From Alphaproteobacteria bacterium (GTDB lineage Bacteria > Pseudomonadota > Alphaproteobacteria > UBA828), in assembly GCA_963422645.2 (NCBI GenBank), contig CAXXVO010000010.1, positions 1-64,000 on the forward strand: 64,000 nucleotides of DNA, given 5' to 3'. A program made the position numbers and the translations under genes. A model generated the notes under the pieces. It made no database searches. It was not told the DNA's origin and was given only the letters and a program-made list of their open reading frames with translations. This document shows, one piece after another, positions 18,957 through 31,703 of the stretch (positions are counted from its first letter, which is position 1; every line of letters begins with the position of its first letter).

Positions 18957-20138
18957 TCAAGCTGCGGCCGCGCGCTCCGCGAGCCAGCGCTCGATGCGGG
19001 CGATGGATTCCTCGATCTCCTCGGTGCTCGCGGCATAGGAGAGGCGGAGGTAGCCCTCGCCGTAGGCGCCGAAGCTGGTGCCGGCGATGGTGGCGACGCC
19101 GGCCTCCTCCAGCAGCCCGTCCTGCAGCGTGCGCGTATCGAGCCCGGTGCCGGTGATGTTGGGCATGGCGTAGAACGCACCGGCGGAATCGACGCAGGTG
19201 ACACCCTCGACCCGGTTGAGCGCGGCGACGATAAGCTTCCTCCGCTCGTCGAAGGTTTGGCGCATGATCTCGACCGAATCCTGCGGCCCGGTGAGTGCCG
19301 CCAACGCCGCGTGCTGGGTCGGCGCGTTGACGCAGGAGTTGCAGTTGATCGCAAGCCGCGTCGCCTGCTCCGCAAGCGATGCGGGCCAGACCCCGTAGCC
19401 GATGCGCCAGCCGGTCATCGCGTAGGTCTTGCTCCAGCCGTCCAACACGATCACGCGGTCCCGAAGCGCCGGATAGTCCAGCATCGTGACGTGCTCGCGG
19501 CCCTCGTAGAGCAGCCGGCTGTAGATCTCGTCGCTCATGATCGCGACATGCGGATGGGCCTCGAGCCCTTCGGCAAGCCGATCGAAGGTCTCGCGGGGCA
19601 CCACGCCCCCGGTCGGGTTGGCCGGGCTGTTGAGCATGACCAGCCGGGTGCGCGGGGTGATCTTGGCCAGCACCTCGTCCGCATCGAAGGAGAAGCCGGT
19701 CTCCTCGTAGAGCGGGATCGGCACTGGGATCGCGCCGGAAAACTTGATCGCGGATTCGTAGATGGGGAAGCCGGGATTGGGATAGAGGATTTCGGCCCCC
19801 TCTTCGCCGAACATCAGCGCGGCGAAGAACATCGTGACCTTGCCGCCCGGCACCACCACGACATTGTCGGGATCGACCTCGCAGCGACGGTAAGTGACGA
19901 TATCCGCCGCCACCGCCTCGCGCAGCGCCGGGATGCCGTTGGCCGGGGTATAACCGTGGTGGCCGTCCGCAAGCGCCTTGCGGCCGGCCTCGACGATGTG
20001 CTCAGGCGTGCGGAAATCGGGCTGCCCGATTCCGAGATTGATGATGCTGCGCCCGGCCGCCTGCAAGGCGCCTGCGCGGGCCAATACATCGAAGGCGGTC
20101 TCGGTCCCGAGCCGCCCCATGCGCTCGGCGGTCTGCAC
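18957..20138 (-). CDS. Class I/II PLP aminotransferase (aspartate aminotransferase-like)
   Basis: NSPANPTG, SDEIY, SKTYAMTGWRIG; GTG start with GGGAGG RBS. Confidence 0.92.
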   Translation of the reverse strand: MQTAERMGRLGTETAFDVLARAGALQAAGRSIINLGIGQPDFRTPEHIVEAGRKALADGHHGYTPANGIPALREAVAADIVTYRRCEVDPDNVVVVPGGKVTMFFAALMFGEEGAEILYPNPGFPIYESAIKFSGAIPVPIPLYEETGFSFDADEVLAKITPRTRLVMLNSPANPTGGVVPRETFDRLAEGLEAHPHVAIMSDEIYSRLLYEGREHVTMLDYPALRDRVIVLDGWSKTYAMTGWRIGYGVWPASLAEQATRLAINCNSCVNAPTQHAALAALTGPQDSVEIMRQTFDERRKLIVAALNRVEGVTCVDSAGAFYAMPNITGTGLDTRTLQDGLLEEAGVATIAGTSFGAYGEGYLRLSYAASTEEIEESIARIERWLAERAAAA

Positions 20139-20263
20139 GTGCGCCTCCCTGTCCCAACTCAAGGCCGCGCATGATGCCATCAAAGGAGGCGGCGCGGAAC
20201 CGGACCTGCGCTATCATGCGCCGCCGACAGAGTTTAAGGTCCGTGCCGGCCTGGCACGCTTAG

Positions 20264-20611
<348 letters not shown>

Positions 20612-20683
20612 GCGCGCCAGCGCGTCGATGCCGGATGCGGCAGGCGCGGAGAGGACAGGCCGAGCGGGCGATGGAGCAGTGCA

Positions 20684-22093
20684 ATGAGTGATGCGGACAG
20701 CGTCTTGGAGATGATCGAGAAGAACGAAATTCAGTTCGTGGATTTCCGGTTCACTGACCCACGCGGCAAATGGCAACACATGACCCAGGCGGTCCGCACG
20801 GTCGACGAGGACATGCTGACCGACGGGATCATGTTCGACGGGTCCTCGATCGCGGGCTGGAAGGAGATTCACCAGTCGGACATGGTGCTCATGCCGGACC
20901 CGGCGAGCGCCGTGATGGACCCCTTCTCGGCGCTGCCGCAGCTGATCCTGACCTGCGACGTGATCGAGCCGTCCACCGGGCAGTCTTATCACCGCTGCCC
21001 GCGCAGCGTTGCCAAGCAGGCAGAGGTGTATCTGGCCTATTCCGGGATCGGCGATACCGCGTACTTCGGGCCGGAGGCCGAGTTCTTCGTCTTCGACGAC
21101 GTGCGCTTCAAGGTCTCGATGAACGAGACCTACTACATGCTCGACCAGGAGGAAGGCCCTTACAACACGGGCCGCGCCTACGAGGAGGGCAACTACGGCC
21201 ACCGCCCGCCGACCAAGGGCGGTTACGTGCCGGTGCCGCCGGTCGATTCCATGAACGACATGCGGGCCGAGATGGTCACCCACCTGGCCGGCATGGGCGT
21301 CAAGGTGGAGAAGCACCATCACGAGGTTGCGCCCAGCCAGAACGAGCTCGGCGTCGAGTTCGGCACCCTGCTCCAGGCCGCCGACCAGCTGCAGATTCAG
21401 AAGTACGTGGTGCAGATGACCGCCCACAGCTACGGCAAGAGCGCCACCTTCATGCCGAAGCCCATCTTCGGCGACAACGGCTCCGGCATGCACGTGCATC
21501 AGTCGATCTGGAAGGACGGCAGGCCACTCTTCGCGGGCTCGGGCTACGCCGACCTCTCGGACATGGCGCTCTACTACATCGGCGGCGTGATCCGGCACGC
21601 CAGGGCGATCAACGCTTTCACCAACCCGTCGACGAACAGCTACAAGCGGCTCGTGCCGGGTTACGAGGCGCCGGTGCTGCTCGCCTACTCGGCGCGCAAC
21701 CGCTCCGCCTCCTGCCGCATTCCTTACGCGGCGAGCCCCAACGGCAAGCGGGTGGAGGTGCGCTTCCCCGATCCCTCGGCGAACCCCTACCTCTCCTTTG
21801 CGGCGATGCTGATGGCGGGAATCGACGGCATCGAGAACAAGATCCATCCCGGCGATGCGATGGACAAGAACCTCTACGACCTGCCGCCGGAGGAGCTGAA
21901 GGACGTGCCGACAGTGTGCGGCAACCTGGGCCAGGCGCTCGACTCGCTCGACGCCGACCGGGATTTCCTGAAGAAGGGCGACGTGTTCACCGACGACCTG
22001 ATCGATGGCTATATCGAGCTCAAGCGGGAGGAGCAAACGGCCTTCCTCATGGCCCCGCACCCCATCGAGTTCGAGATGTACTACTCGGTCTGA
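20684..22093 (+). CDS. glnA: Glutamine synthetase type I
   Basis: [29 protein letters not shown]. Confidence 0.98.
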   Translation: MSDADSVLEMIEKNEIQFVDFRFTDPRGKWQHMTQAVRTVDEDMLTDGIMFDGSSIAGWKEIHQSDMVLMPDPASAVMDPFSALPQLILTCDVIEPSTGQSYHRCPRSVAKQAEVYLAYSGIGDTAYFGPEAEFFVFDDVRFKVSMNETYYMLDQEEGPYNTGRAYEEGNYGHRPPTKGGYVPVPPVDSMNDMRAEMVTHLAGMGVKVEKHHHEVAPSQNELGVEFGTLLQAADQLQIQKYVVQMTAHSYGKSATFMPKPIFGDNGSGMHVHQSIWKDGRPLFAGSGYADLSDMALYYIGGVIRHARAINAFTNPSTNSYKRLVPGYEAPVLLAYSARNRSASCRIPYAASPNGKRVEVRFPDPSANPYLSFAAMLMAGIDGIENKIHPGDAMDKNLYDLPPEELKDVPTVCGNLGQALDSLDADRDFLKKGDVFTDDLIDGYIELKREEQTAFLMAPHPIEFEMYYSV

Positions 22094-22165
22094 ACGGGGG
22101 GTGCGGACGACGCAGCGCGCCGGACGCGCCCGGCCCGCCTGAACGACCGCAACTGCGCCGCGGCC

Positions 22166-22357
22166 GTGCCAATTCAGATCGCCGTCGGCCTCGTGCTCGG
22201 GGCCGTCATCCTCTATCCAGCGTTGCGCATCTGCGCGCGCGCGGGCCTGCGCTGGCCGATCGCGCTCGTGGTGTTCGTGCCCCTGATCGGGCCGCTGATC
22301 CTGCTCGCGCTGCTTGCCTTCATGATCTGGCCCAACGACCGCTACGGAAAGCGCTGA
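22166..22357 (+). CDS. Small membrane protein
   Basis: 63 aa, two hydrophobic helices; similar pattern to the next ORF (RI..RAG..W...AF..WP). Confidence 0.55.
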   Translation: MPIQIAVGLVLGAVILYPALRICARAGLRWPIALVVFVPLIGPLILLALLAFMIWPNDRYGKR

Positions 22358-22360
22358 ACC

Positions 22361-22727
22361 GTGGTCGGCGTCCTGCAGTACCTCGCGGTCGTTGTCATCG
22401 CGATGTGGATGTTCTGGCGCATCTTCCACAAGGCCGGGCGCAACCCCTGGTGGTCCCACGTCATGGTATTCGCGTTCGTCGGCCTCTTCACGCCGCTTCC
22501 CATCGGCTTGGGCCTCCTGTTCGGCGTGCCGGTGCTCATGATCTGGGTCTTTGCATTCTTGCCCTGGCCCTCGATCGACAACCCGCGCCCGCTCCCTGAT
22601 ACGCCGGGCTACGATCCGCCGGAGCCTGAGCGATTCACAGGGCGTTTCAGACGAACCACACGGCCGACCGAGACGACGGACCGAAGGAGCCGCGGGATTA
22701 CTCGCCGGCCGGCAAGGAGACGAGACG

Positions 22728-22735
<8 letters not shown>
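22361..22735 (+). CDS. Membrane protein
   Basis: [10 protein letters not shown]...WVFAFLPWP. Confidence 0.6.
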
Positions 22736-23939
<1,204 letters not shown>

Positions 23940-23976
23940 ACCGCATCCCTGCTGAGGGGAACATCTCCGGCTCCTA

Positions 23977-24570
23977 TCACTGGGTGTCACTCGCCCCCGC
24001 TTGGGCGCTCGACGCATCGGCAAGCATTCCGTGGGCCTGTGCCCACTCTCGCCACTCGACAAGTTCTTCGTCCACTGCCTCGAGCTTTTCGATCAGCGCG
24101 TGATTGTCCGCGAATATCATCAGGTTGTCGCAGGACCAGCGGGCTGAAGGGGCGATGAGGCCGTCAAACCCCAAGAAGACAAGAGCCGCGCCGATCTTCT
24201 GCGTTCGGTCGTAGTCGCGCTCCCCATAGCGCGCCGAGTCCACGCCGAGCGTTCCAAGATCGGCGCGGACAAGCCGTATCATGCGCGCCGTCGAAACGGC
24301 GAGCCGCGTTACCTTGATCGGACGCGGCCCCGGTATCGGCGTCAGTTGCGCCAGAAACGAAGCGACCTCGGCAAGTGCGCCATCGCGTTCGAGGCTGGTG
24401 TAGAGAACGGAATGCCCGGTGTTTCCGTCAGGCGGTGGTGCCCATCGCCCGCCGCTAATGGATGCCGCGACCGGATCCGCATTCGTGCGTGTTGCGCGGA
24501 AGACCTCACCCTGGAAACGTTCCGAGCCAAACGCGCTCAGGGGATCCAGGAGATCCGGATCGTGGATCAT
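23977..24570 (-). CDS. RES-domain toxin (NAD+-targeting family)
   Basis: FRA..GGRW..LYTS..ALAE..IAPSAR. Confidence 0.85.
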   Translation of the reverse strand: MIHDPDLLDPLSAFGSERFQGEVFRATRTNADPVAASISGGRWAPPPDGNTGHSVLYTSLERDGALAEVASFLAQLTPIPGPRPIKVTRLAVSTARMIRLVRADLGTLGVDSARYGERDYDRTQKIGAALVFLGFDGLIAPSARWSCDNLMIFADNHALIEKLEAVDEELVEWREWAQAHGMLADASSAQAGASDTQ

Positions 24571-24590
24571 ACCGGCAAGGTCGATGCTGC

Positions 24591-25004
24591 TTACATGTAC
24601 ACGCCTTCGCGGAGCTGATTAGCCAGTCGGCGTACTTCGTCGATTCGCCCAGCCTGGATCAACTCGGCCGGCGACATTCCGCGCAGGAGCTTCTGCGGCG
24701 CAAATATCCACTGACGGGCTTCGTTCGGTTCGTAAAAGTCCGATAGCTGGTCGACGATGAACTCCAGCTCCAGAAGGGTCTTTTCGGTTCTTGAGTGGGG
24801 ATAGGCACGGCCCTGATTCCAGCGCGACACCGTCTCCGGTCGTGTGCCAAGCAGGTTGGCCACCTCGACGTGCCGCATCGCCCCCTTGGCGGAGATCGAC
24901 CCCAATCGCCTCGCGATCGCATTGCCTGCGAGCGCCGTCTTTTTTCGTGCTGTCGTCGTTGGTGCCAATTTCCACGTCCATCGTTCGGTGCGCCGCCAAC
25001 CCAA
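24591..25004 (-). CDS. Xre/MbcA/ParS-like antitoxin (start uncertain)
   Basis: HTH VANLLGTRPETVSRW and C-terminal ARQWIFAPQKLL..SPAELI; upstream of the RES gene. Confidence 0.8.
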   Translation of the reverse strand: MGWRRTERWTWKLAPTTTARKKTALAGNAIARRLGSISAKGAMRHVEVANLLGTRPETVSRWNQGRAYPHSRTEKTLLELEFIVDQLSDFYEPNEARQWIFAPQKLLRGMSPAELIQAGRIDEVRRLANQLREGVYM

Positions 25005-25107
25005 AACGCCGGTCAGAGTGGGCGACTGATCCTGGAACTCAAGAGCAATACCTGTCGGTCAAACACTGATGTTGCGTTTTCGATTGCGTATTATATTGAT
25101 ATTTTGG

Positions 25108-25119
25108 TTGATATATCAA
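25108..25119. promoter_or_regulatory. Candidate operator of the Xre-RES operon
   Basis: Perfect palindrome TTGATATATCAA in the AT-rich stretch upstream of the antitoxin. Confidence 0.4.
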
Positions 25120-25185
25120 GACTCAGTCTGCCACAGACTCAATCCGCCACAGCGACATCCGGCGCAGGCGGGCCGCGCCTGCGCG

Positions 25186-26067
25186 TCACTCCGGCTCTTC
25201 GATCCCGTGGCGGCGGCAGGCGGCGGTGAGTGTGTTCTTCAAGAGGCACGCGATGGTCATGGGCCCGACGCCGCCCGGCACAGGGGTGATCCAGCCCGCG
25301 TTCTCGACCGCCTCTTCGAAGCAGACGTCGCCCACCAGCCTGGTCTTCTCGCCCGCCTGCACGCGGTTGATGCCGACGTCGATGACCGCAGCGCCGGGCT
25401 TGACCCAGTCACCCCGGATCATCTCGGCCCGCCCCACGGCGGCGATCAAGACATCGGCGCGGCGGCACTCGCCCGGCAGGTCCTGGGTGCGCGAATGGCC
25501 GACGGTGACGGTACAGTGCTCGCGCAGCAGCAGCGATGCCATCGGCTTTCCGACGATGTTGGAGCGGCCGACGATCATCGCCCGCTTGCCCTTCAGCTCG
25601 CCCACGAAGTGACGCAGCATCAGCATGCAGCCGAGCGGTGTGCAAGGCACCAGGCTGTCCTGCCCCGTGGTGAGCCGGCCCACGTTGACGGTGTGGAAGC
25701 CGTCCACATCTTTGTCCGGATTGATCGCATTGATGATCGCGTTGGAGTCCACCTGATCGGGCAGGGGAAGCTGGACCAGAATGCCGTGCACGGCATCGTC
25801 GGCGTTCAGCCGCTCGACCGTCTCCAGCACCTCCTGATGGCTCGCGGTCGCAGGCAGGCGGTACTCCTGCGAGTCCATACCGGCGGCAGCCGTCGCCTTG
25901 CCCTTGTTGCGAACGTAGACGTGGCTCGCCGGATCGTCGCCTACGAGCACGACCGAGAGGCCCGGAACGAGGCCGTGGCTCTCCTTCAGGAGCGCGGCCT
26001 TGCGCCCGACCTCGGCCCGGATGTCGGCCGCGAATGCCTTGCCATCGATGATGACCGCGTCGCTCAT
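25186..26067 (-). CDS. folD: Methylenetetrahydrofolate dehydrogenase/cyclohydrolase
   Basis: [31 protein letters not shown]. Confidence 0.97.
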   Translation of the reverse strand: MSDAVIIDGKAFAADIRAEVGRKAALLKESHGLVPGLSVVLVGDDPASHVYVRNKGKATAAAGMDSQEYRLPATASHQEVLETVERLNADDAVHGILVQLPLPDQVDSNAIINAINPDKDVDGFHTVNVGRLTTGQDSLVPCTPLGCMLMLRHFVGELKGKRAMIVGRSNIVGKPMASLLLREHCTVTVGHSRTQDLPGECRRADVLIAAVGRAEMIRGDWVKPGAAVIDVGINRVQAGEKTRLVGDVCFEEAVENAGWITPVPGGVGPMTIACLLKNTLTAACRRHGIEEPE

Positions 26068-26137
26068 GGGAAATCCTCGCTTGGGGCTGGACGTGCTCCG
26101 ATCCGGCTGGCGCGCTGGCCCGCCGGTCTCGAACGAC

Positions 26138-26419
26138 TCAACTGACGATGTTGTCCACGATGAGATCGCGGAGGAAGTAAAGGATCAGAATCAGGATGAT
26201 CGGCGATATGTCGATGCCGCCGAGATTGGGGATGATGCGCCGGATCGGCCGGAGCGCCGGCTCGGTGATGCGGTGGAGGAAGCTCAGCAGCGTGAACACG
26301 AAGCGGTTGCTCGTGTTGATGACGTTGAAGGCCACCAGCCAGCTGAACACCGCCGATGCGATCAGCAGATAGATGTAGATCGAGAAGACGACGTGGATGA
26401 GTTCGGCCAACGCGTTCAT
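26138..26419 (-). CDS. yggT: YggT family membrane protein
   Basis: [32 protein letters not shown]. Confidence 0.92.
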   Translation of the reverse strand: MNALAELIHVVFSIYIYLLIASAVFSWLVAFNVINTSNRFVFTLLSFLHRITEPALRPIRRIIPNLGGIDISPIILILILYFLRDLIVDNIVS

Positions 26420-26544
26420 CGCCGGGCACGTCTCGGTGATTGCGGGGCGGGAGGCGGAATCCAGAGCCGGAGTATATCGCAGGGGCCGGGGGGCGCGAGT
26501 CCCTTATGCGCGCGGGCCGGAGACCGAGAGATGCGCGCTCGCAT

Positions 26545-26655
26545 ACACCTCAGAGCGACCAGGCGCAGCATGTCGGGATCGTGCGCGGCGTCCGCCGCAT
26601 CGCCCGTGCGGTCGACCCCGATGCCGGGGATGTCGCTCAGCCTCGATACCGTCAT
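26545..26655 (-). pseudogene. Possible N-terminal remnant of a PLP aminotransferase
   Basis: MTVSRLSDIPGIGVDRTGDAADAAHDPDMLRL, then the frame degenerates. Confidence 0.35.
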
Positions 26656-26694
26656 CGGCTGCGAGCCGCAGCGCTGGTTGCTGGCTCGGAGCGC

Positions 26695-27249
26695 TCAGTC
26701 CGCGTGGCGCGGGATGAAGTTCGACCAGGCCATGACGTAGGGGTGGGAGCTGACCTCGACGATATTGCCCCACGGATCCTCACAGTAGCAGACCTTGTAG
26801 GGCTTATCGGGCCAGAGCTGCCACACCCTGCTGCGCTGCTTCCCGCCGCTCTCGTCGATCCGCTTGGCCAGGCCCTCGATGTCGGGATCGAGAATGCAGA
26901 TGTGGAAGATGCCGGTCTTCCAGTAGTCGAAATGCTCCTCCTGCGGCGCGTTGGCGACGAATTGGAAGAGCTCGATGCCGACCCCGTCGGCGGTCGCCAG
27001 ATGGGCGATCTTCATGCCCTTGAAGTCGGCGCCGAAGATGTCGCCGACCACCTGCCCGAAATGGCTGTCGTCGGCATAGCCCTCGACCGGCTCCATCAGC
27101 ACGTAGCAGCCGAGGACGTCACGATACCAGGCGACGGCAGCATCGATATCGGGCACCGAGATGCCGACGTGATCGAGCGCTCGCGCCGGCGCTCCCGCTG
27201 GTGCCGTCTGGTGGCCCTGCCCTTCTGTCATGTCCTTGTCTTCGGTCAT
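26695..27249 (-). CDS. VOC/glyoxalase family protein
   Basis: DHVGISVPDIDAAVAWY, GIELFQF, FHIC, EDPWGNIVE. Confidence 0.9.
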   Translation of the reverse strand: MTEDKDMTEGQGHQTAPAGAPARALDHVGISVPDIDAAVAWYRDVLGCYVLMEPVEGYADDSHFGQVVGDIFGADFKGMKIAHLATADGVGIELFQFVANAPQEEHFDYWKTGIFHICILDPDIEGLAKRIDESGGKQRSRVWQLWPDKPYKVCYCEDPWGNIVEVSSHPYVMAWSNFIPRHAD

Positions 27250-27404
27250 ATCTGCTCTCCTTCGCGGGCGGACCCTATCGACCGGCATCCAGCGGCACAA
27301 GCGAGAGCCGCGCCGCCTGCCCGCCGTGTTCCAGACCGCGATTTGACCGCACGCGCGCCCTGATATTCGATGGGTTTCCGCTCAACGAGGCACGAGGAGA
27401 ATCC

Positions 27405-28550
27405 ATGGGCGCTATCGGAAGGCTCGGTCCCAACGAATCGCTCATCGGACAACAGGGCTCGCGCACGGCGCTGTCGACGCCCGCGCTGGTGCTCGACCTC
27501 GACCGGCTGGAGCGCAATATCGCCTACCTCGCCAACTACCTGGGCAAGGCCGGCCACGGAGTCCGGCCGGTCGCCAAGATCCACAAGTCGGTGGAGGTGG
27601 CGAAGCGCCAGATCGAGGCCGGCGCGCTCGGCCAATGCTGCGCGACGCTGGCCGACGCTGAGGTCATGGCCGATGCGGGGATCCCGGGCGTGCTGCTCTT
27701 CTCCCAGGTCGTGACCGAGCCCAAGATCGCCCGCCTCGCCGCGCTCAACGTCCGCGCCGAGGGGCTGCTCGTCGCCGTGGACGATGCGGCCGTGGTGGAC
27801 CGGCTCGCCGGGGCCGCACTCGCGGCCGGCAAGCCCCTCCGCATGCTGGTGGACTTCGAGGTGGGCGGCCGGCGCACCGGGCTCGTTGCGGCGGACGATG
27901 AGCTCGCTCTCGCGCGCCACATCGCCGAAACCGAGGGCGCGGTCTACGCCGGCGTGCAGGGCTACAACGGCTCGTTCCAGCGCGAGCCCGACTTCGACGC
28001 CCGCCGCGCCGAGCAGGAACGCTGCACGGCGCCGCTCGCCGCGCTTTGCGAGCGCCTCGGCGCGGAAGGCCTGGCGCCCGGAATCGTCTCCGGCGGCGGC
28101 ACCGGCACCTATGCCATCGACGCGGCCGCCGGCCTCTTCACCGAGTGCCAGGCGGGCAGCTACATCTTCATGGACGTGAACTACGCCGATACCCCCTTCG
28201 AGCCCGACAACCCGCATCCCTTCGAGACCTCGCTCTTCGTCCACACCACGGTGATCAGCGCGCGGGACGAGTTCGCGGTCACCGACGCCGGGATCAAGGA
28301 GCTGCAGCGCGAGGAGTTCCCGCCCCGCGTCGCCGCAGGCGCGCACCCGGGCTCCCTCTACGAGCTGGTCGGCGACGATATGGGCCGCGTCACGGTGCCG
28401 GAGGGCGCGCGCCTGCCGCAGGTAGGCGACGCGCTGGAATGCATCTCCCCGCACTGCTACCAGACGCTCCTTCTGTACGATGTCTATCACTGCGTGCGCG
28501 GCGACACGCTGGTAGACATCTGGCCGATCGAGGCGCGCGCCCAGTGGTGA
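27405..28550 (+). CDS. DSD1/D-threonine aldolase-family PLP enzyme
   Basis: TPALVLDLD, RPVAKIHK, SGGGTGT, QAGSYIFMD, PHC. Confidence 0.88.
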   Translation: MGAIGRLGPNESLIGQQGSRTALSTPALVLDLDRLERNIAYLANYLGKAGHGVRPVAKIHKSVEVAKRQIEAGALGQCCATLADAEVMADAGIPGVLLFSQVVTEPKIARLAALNVRAEGLLVAVDDAAVVDRLAGAALAAGKPLRMLVDFEVGGRRTGLVAADDELALARHIAETEGAVYAGVQGYNGSFQREPDFDARRAEQERCTAPLAALCERLGAEGLAPGIVSGGGTGTYAIDAAAGLFTECQAGSYIFMDVNYADTPFEPDNPHPFETSLFVHTTVISARDEFAVTDAGIKELQREEFPPRVAAGAHPGSLYELVGDDMGRVTVPEGARLPQVGDALECISPHCYQTLLLYDVYHCVRGDTLVDIWPIEARAQW

Positions 28551-28561
28551 GGAGAGGCACG

Positions 28562-29360
28562 ATGGGCGTGCACACACCTGATTCCGACGCACCGCAACGG
28601 GGGAGAGCGCGGACCGTCCGTCTGTGCATCGCCGGCATTGCGGCCATGGTCGCGGCGGCGATGAGCGCGGGCACCGAAGCCGCAGCGACCGAGGGCCTCT
28701 ATCTGCGGCTGGGAATCGGCTTCGACCGCCCGGCAGAGACGGAGTTCCTCGACAAGAACTGAGAGAGCGAGTCTCCGGTCCCGCTCTACGGTTGCGGCCC
28801 CGGTACCGACGGGGCGCCGTATCGTTCGGTGGGGGAGTTCGGAACGGTGACCGCACTCGAAGTCGGAATCGGCGGCACCGTCGCGCCGGCGCTGAGCCTG
28901 GAAGCTTTCGTCGAGTACCGCCCAGGCCTCACCTTCAGCGGGCGAGCCAACTTCCTGGCGCCAGAGCGGCGACAGGCGGTATCGACCGACCTATCGGTCC
29001 TGTCCGGGATGGTTGCCGCCTACCTGGAGCTTCCGGCACTGGGCTTGCCGAGGCTCGGCCCCTTCGACCCCTTCGTGGGAGTCGGGGTTGGCGTCGCCCG
29101 GGTCAAGACAGGCGAGACGCGGATGATGTTCCCGGCGACGACGACAATCGTGCCGGGCGCGCGCCGGTCCGATTTCGCCTGGATGCTGACGGCGGGCGTC
29201 GCGACGGCATTGAGCGAGAGCGCGACGCTGGAGGTCGCGTGGCGATACAGCGATCTCGGCACCGCCGAGACCGCCACGGGCGGCGGCCGGGTGGTGTGGC
29301 GTGACGGGAGCAGGGAGCCGCTTATACTCGATCAGGCTGCGAGCGAAGCGTACTTAAAAC
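28562..29360 (+). pseudogene. Outer-membrane beta-barrel protein (opacity/OmpA-like), internal TGA and 3' end broken by two IS66 insertions
   Basis: Signal-like N-terminus, PFVGVGVGVA, FAWMLTAGV, WRYSDLG; TGA at 28760; tail RHGIRFSLRQLF continues at 31877-31911 and the stop lies at 36277-36279. Confidence 0.8.
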
Positions 29361-29502
29361 GTAACTACCCAGGTACCCCAATCCTGAGTTGAGGACGGTG
29401 ATTATGGCGGCGGCCGCGGCCTGGTTCTGCCACCGCGATTGGTTCTTGACCTCATAGAGTTGCGGGACTATGGACTGCTCTCTCGCGTGACGGGAGCGGT
29501 CC

Positions 29503-30168
29503 ATGGGGTATTTCGGCTCGAAGGCGACAGCAGGTCTGTGCCAAGCGCTGATTGCGCTGATGCCGCCGCACTCCGTCTACATCGAAAGCCACCTTGGGGG
29601 CGGGGCGCTGATGAAGCGCAAGCCGCCGGCCGTGCGTTCGATCGGCATCGACCGCGATGCGCAGGCGCTCGAGGCCTTCGTCTGCGACTACCCGGTCGAT
29701 CTGGTTCACGGCTGTGCCCATGACTTCCTGGCCTCGTTCCCGTTCCTGGGCCCGGAGCTGGTTTACAGCGATCCGCCCTATCTGCACGCGACCCGCCGCT
29801 CGGCGCAGCGCTACCGCTTCGAGTACGAGGAGGCCGGCCACGTCGCGCTTCTCGCGCTGCTCAAGGCTCTGCCCTGCCAGGTCATGATCTCGGGCCATCC
29901 GTCGGCGCTCTATGACGAGGTGCTGGCGGGATGGCGCCGGCTGGCGCTGCAGGTCACGACCCAGGGTCTGGTGCGAACCGAGGTCGTCTGGTTCAACTAC
30001 GCCCCCGACCGGATGCATTGGGCCAGCCACGCAGGCCGGAACTTCACCGACCGCCAGCGCATCAAGCGCAAGGCAGCCAACTGGGGCCGGCGCTACCAGG
30101 CCTTGCCGCCGGGCGAACGCCTCGCCGTGCTCGCCGCCATGATGGCCGTCGAGGCCGAAGACACGTGA
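29503..30168 (+). CDS. D12/Dam-class N6-adenine DNA methyltransferase
   Basis: YFGSK (motif X), YIESHLGGG (motif I), YSDPPY (motif IV), VMISG. Confidence 0.9.
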   Translation: MGYFGSKATAGLCQALIALMPPHSVYIESHLGGGALMKRKPPAVRSIGIDRDAQALEAFVCDYPVDLVHGCAHDFLASFPFLGPELVYSDPPYLHATRRSAQRYRFEYEEAGHVALLALLKALPCQVMISGHPSALYDEVLAGWRRLALQVTTQGLVRTEVVWFNYAPDRMHWASHAGRNFTDRQRIKRKAANWGRRYQALPPGERLAVLAAMMAVEAEDT

Positions 30169-31703
30169 CGGTGTCGCACTGGCACGAAGACCTCGCCGCC
30201 CGTAACGAGGCCTTCTGCTGCCTGAAGGAGCTTCTCGAGCCATCATCCCTCGCAACCACTGTCGTCGTTGCCGTCCGGGAATGGGGGCAGGGGCTGCTGC
30301 GATCAGCCACCGCGCTCGCCCGGGAAAATGCCGCACTCGAGCAGGAGAACGCGGCCCTGCGCGAGCGCATCGCCGAACTCGAGCGCAGCGCGGCCCTCAA
30401 CAGCACCACAAGCAGCAAGCCCCCCGCCAGCGACGGGCTCAAGAAGAAAAGCGGAGCCCAGAGGCGCACCCAAAGCCAGCGCGGAAAGTCCGGCGGGCCC
30501 AGTGGCGGCCAGCCCGGCCACAAGGGAACCACCCTCGCGCGGAGCGACAGCCCGGACCGTGTCGTCGATCACCACCCCTCCACCTGTTCCGGCTGTGGCG
30601 TCGAGCTCTCGGACGCCGACCGGCAAGGCGCGCCCGCCTGTCGGCAGGTCTTCGACGTACCCGAGCCGCAGCCTCTCGAGGTCACCGAACACCGCGCCCA
30701 TCGCTGCCTCTGCGGCGCATGCGGCACGCTGACACGAGCCGCCTTCCCGCCGGGCGTCACCGCCCCGGTCCAGTACGGCCCTCGCATCACCGCTTGGGTG
30801 AGTTACCTGCTGTACGCCCAGTTCGTGCCCGAGAAGCGTCTGGCCGAACTCATGAGCGACATCTTCGCGGTGTCCATCTCCACTGCCACGATCGCCGCCA
30901 TGGGCCGGCGCACAGCGCAGCGCTTCGAGGGCTTCCTCGACCATGTCGCCGATCTGATCCGCACGCAGGCGCCGGTCAAGCACCTCGACGAGACCGGCCT
31001 GCGTATCGCCGCCCGTACCCGCTGGCTCCATGTGCTGTGCACCCCGTTGCTCACCGTCCTGCGCATCGGCGAGGGACGCGGCGATGTCGAAAAGAACCTG
31101 AAAGGCATCCTCGTCCACGACGACTTCGCCCCCTACTTCACCATCAAGGGCGTCCGCCACGGCGCCTGCAACGCACATCACCTGCGCGAACTCCAGGCCC
31201 TGATCGACATCGAGAAGGAGGAATGGGCGGCGAGCATGCACCGCCTGCTTCAGCGCGCGCGCAGGGCCGCCCGCTTCGCCCGTGAGAAAGACCGTCAAGT
31301 CCCCGCCTCCCTGGTGGCCCGCATCTCAAGGGCATGGGACCGTATCCTCGAAGAAGCCATCGCCTTCCATGAGGCCCAACCGCCGCTCCAGATCGCAAAG
31401 CGAGGGCGAAAGAAACGCCGCATCGGCCACAACCTCGCGCGCCGCCTTCAAAAGCATAAGGAGGGCTGCCTGCGCTTCCTCACCGACCTGCGCACGCCGT
31501 TCACGAATAACGAGGCGGAGCGTGACATCCGTATGAACAAAGTGCATGAGAAGATCTCAGGCGGCTTCCGCTCCCTGCAAGGCGCCTGCAACTTCGCCGG
31601 AATGCGCAGCGTCATCGTCACCGCTCGAAAGCAAGGCTGGAACATCCTGCAAATCCTGGCGCACCCGGAACCGATGCAGCTGATCCCTATACTGCGCTCC
31701 TGA
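30165..31703 (+). CDS. tnpC: IS66 transposase
   Basis: GTG overlaps the MTase stop (GTGA); coiled coil, SSKPP.SD, GGQPGHKG, zinc finger, HLDETG, CNAHHLREL, TNNEAER. Confidence 0.92.
   Translation: MTVSHWHEDLAARNEAFCCLKELLEPSSLATTVVVAVREWGQGLLRSATALARENAALEQENAALRERIAELERSAALNSTTSSKPPASDGLKKKSGAQRRTQSQRGKSGGPSGGQPGHKGTTLARSDSPDRVVDHHPSTCSGCGVELSDADRQGAPACRQVFDVPEPQPLEVTEHRAHRCLCGACGTLTRAAFPPGVTAPVQYGPRITAWVSYLLYAQFVPEKRLAELMSDIFAVSISTATIAAMGRRTAQRFEGFLDHVADLIRTQAPVKHLDETGLRIAARTRWLHVLCTPLLTVLRIGEGRGDVEKNLKGILVHDDFAPYFTIKGVRHGACNAHHLRELQALIDIEKEEWAASMHRLLQRARRAARFAREKDRQVPASLVARISRAWDRILEEAIAFHEAQPPLQIAKRGRKKRRIGHNLARRLQKHKEGCLRFLTDLRTPFTNNEAERDIRMNKVHEKISGGFRSLQGACNFAGMRSVIVTARKQGWNILQILAHPEPMQLIPILRS

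Noticed and set aside
28760-28762. TGA as selenocysteine in the outer-membrane protein
   Set aside because: No convincing bacterial SECIS hairpin follows, and the gene is independently broken by IS insertions
29503-30168. Methyltransferases as part of a restriction-modification system
   Set aside because: No endonuclease or specificity gene nearby; all three copies lie within IS66 ends
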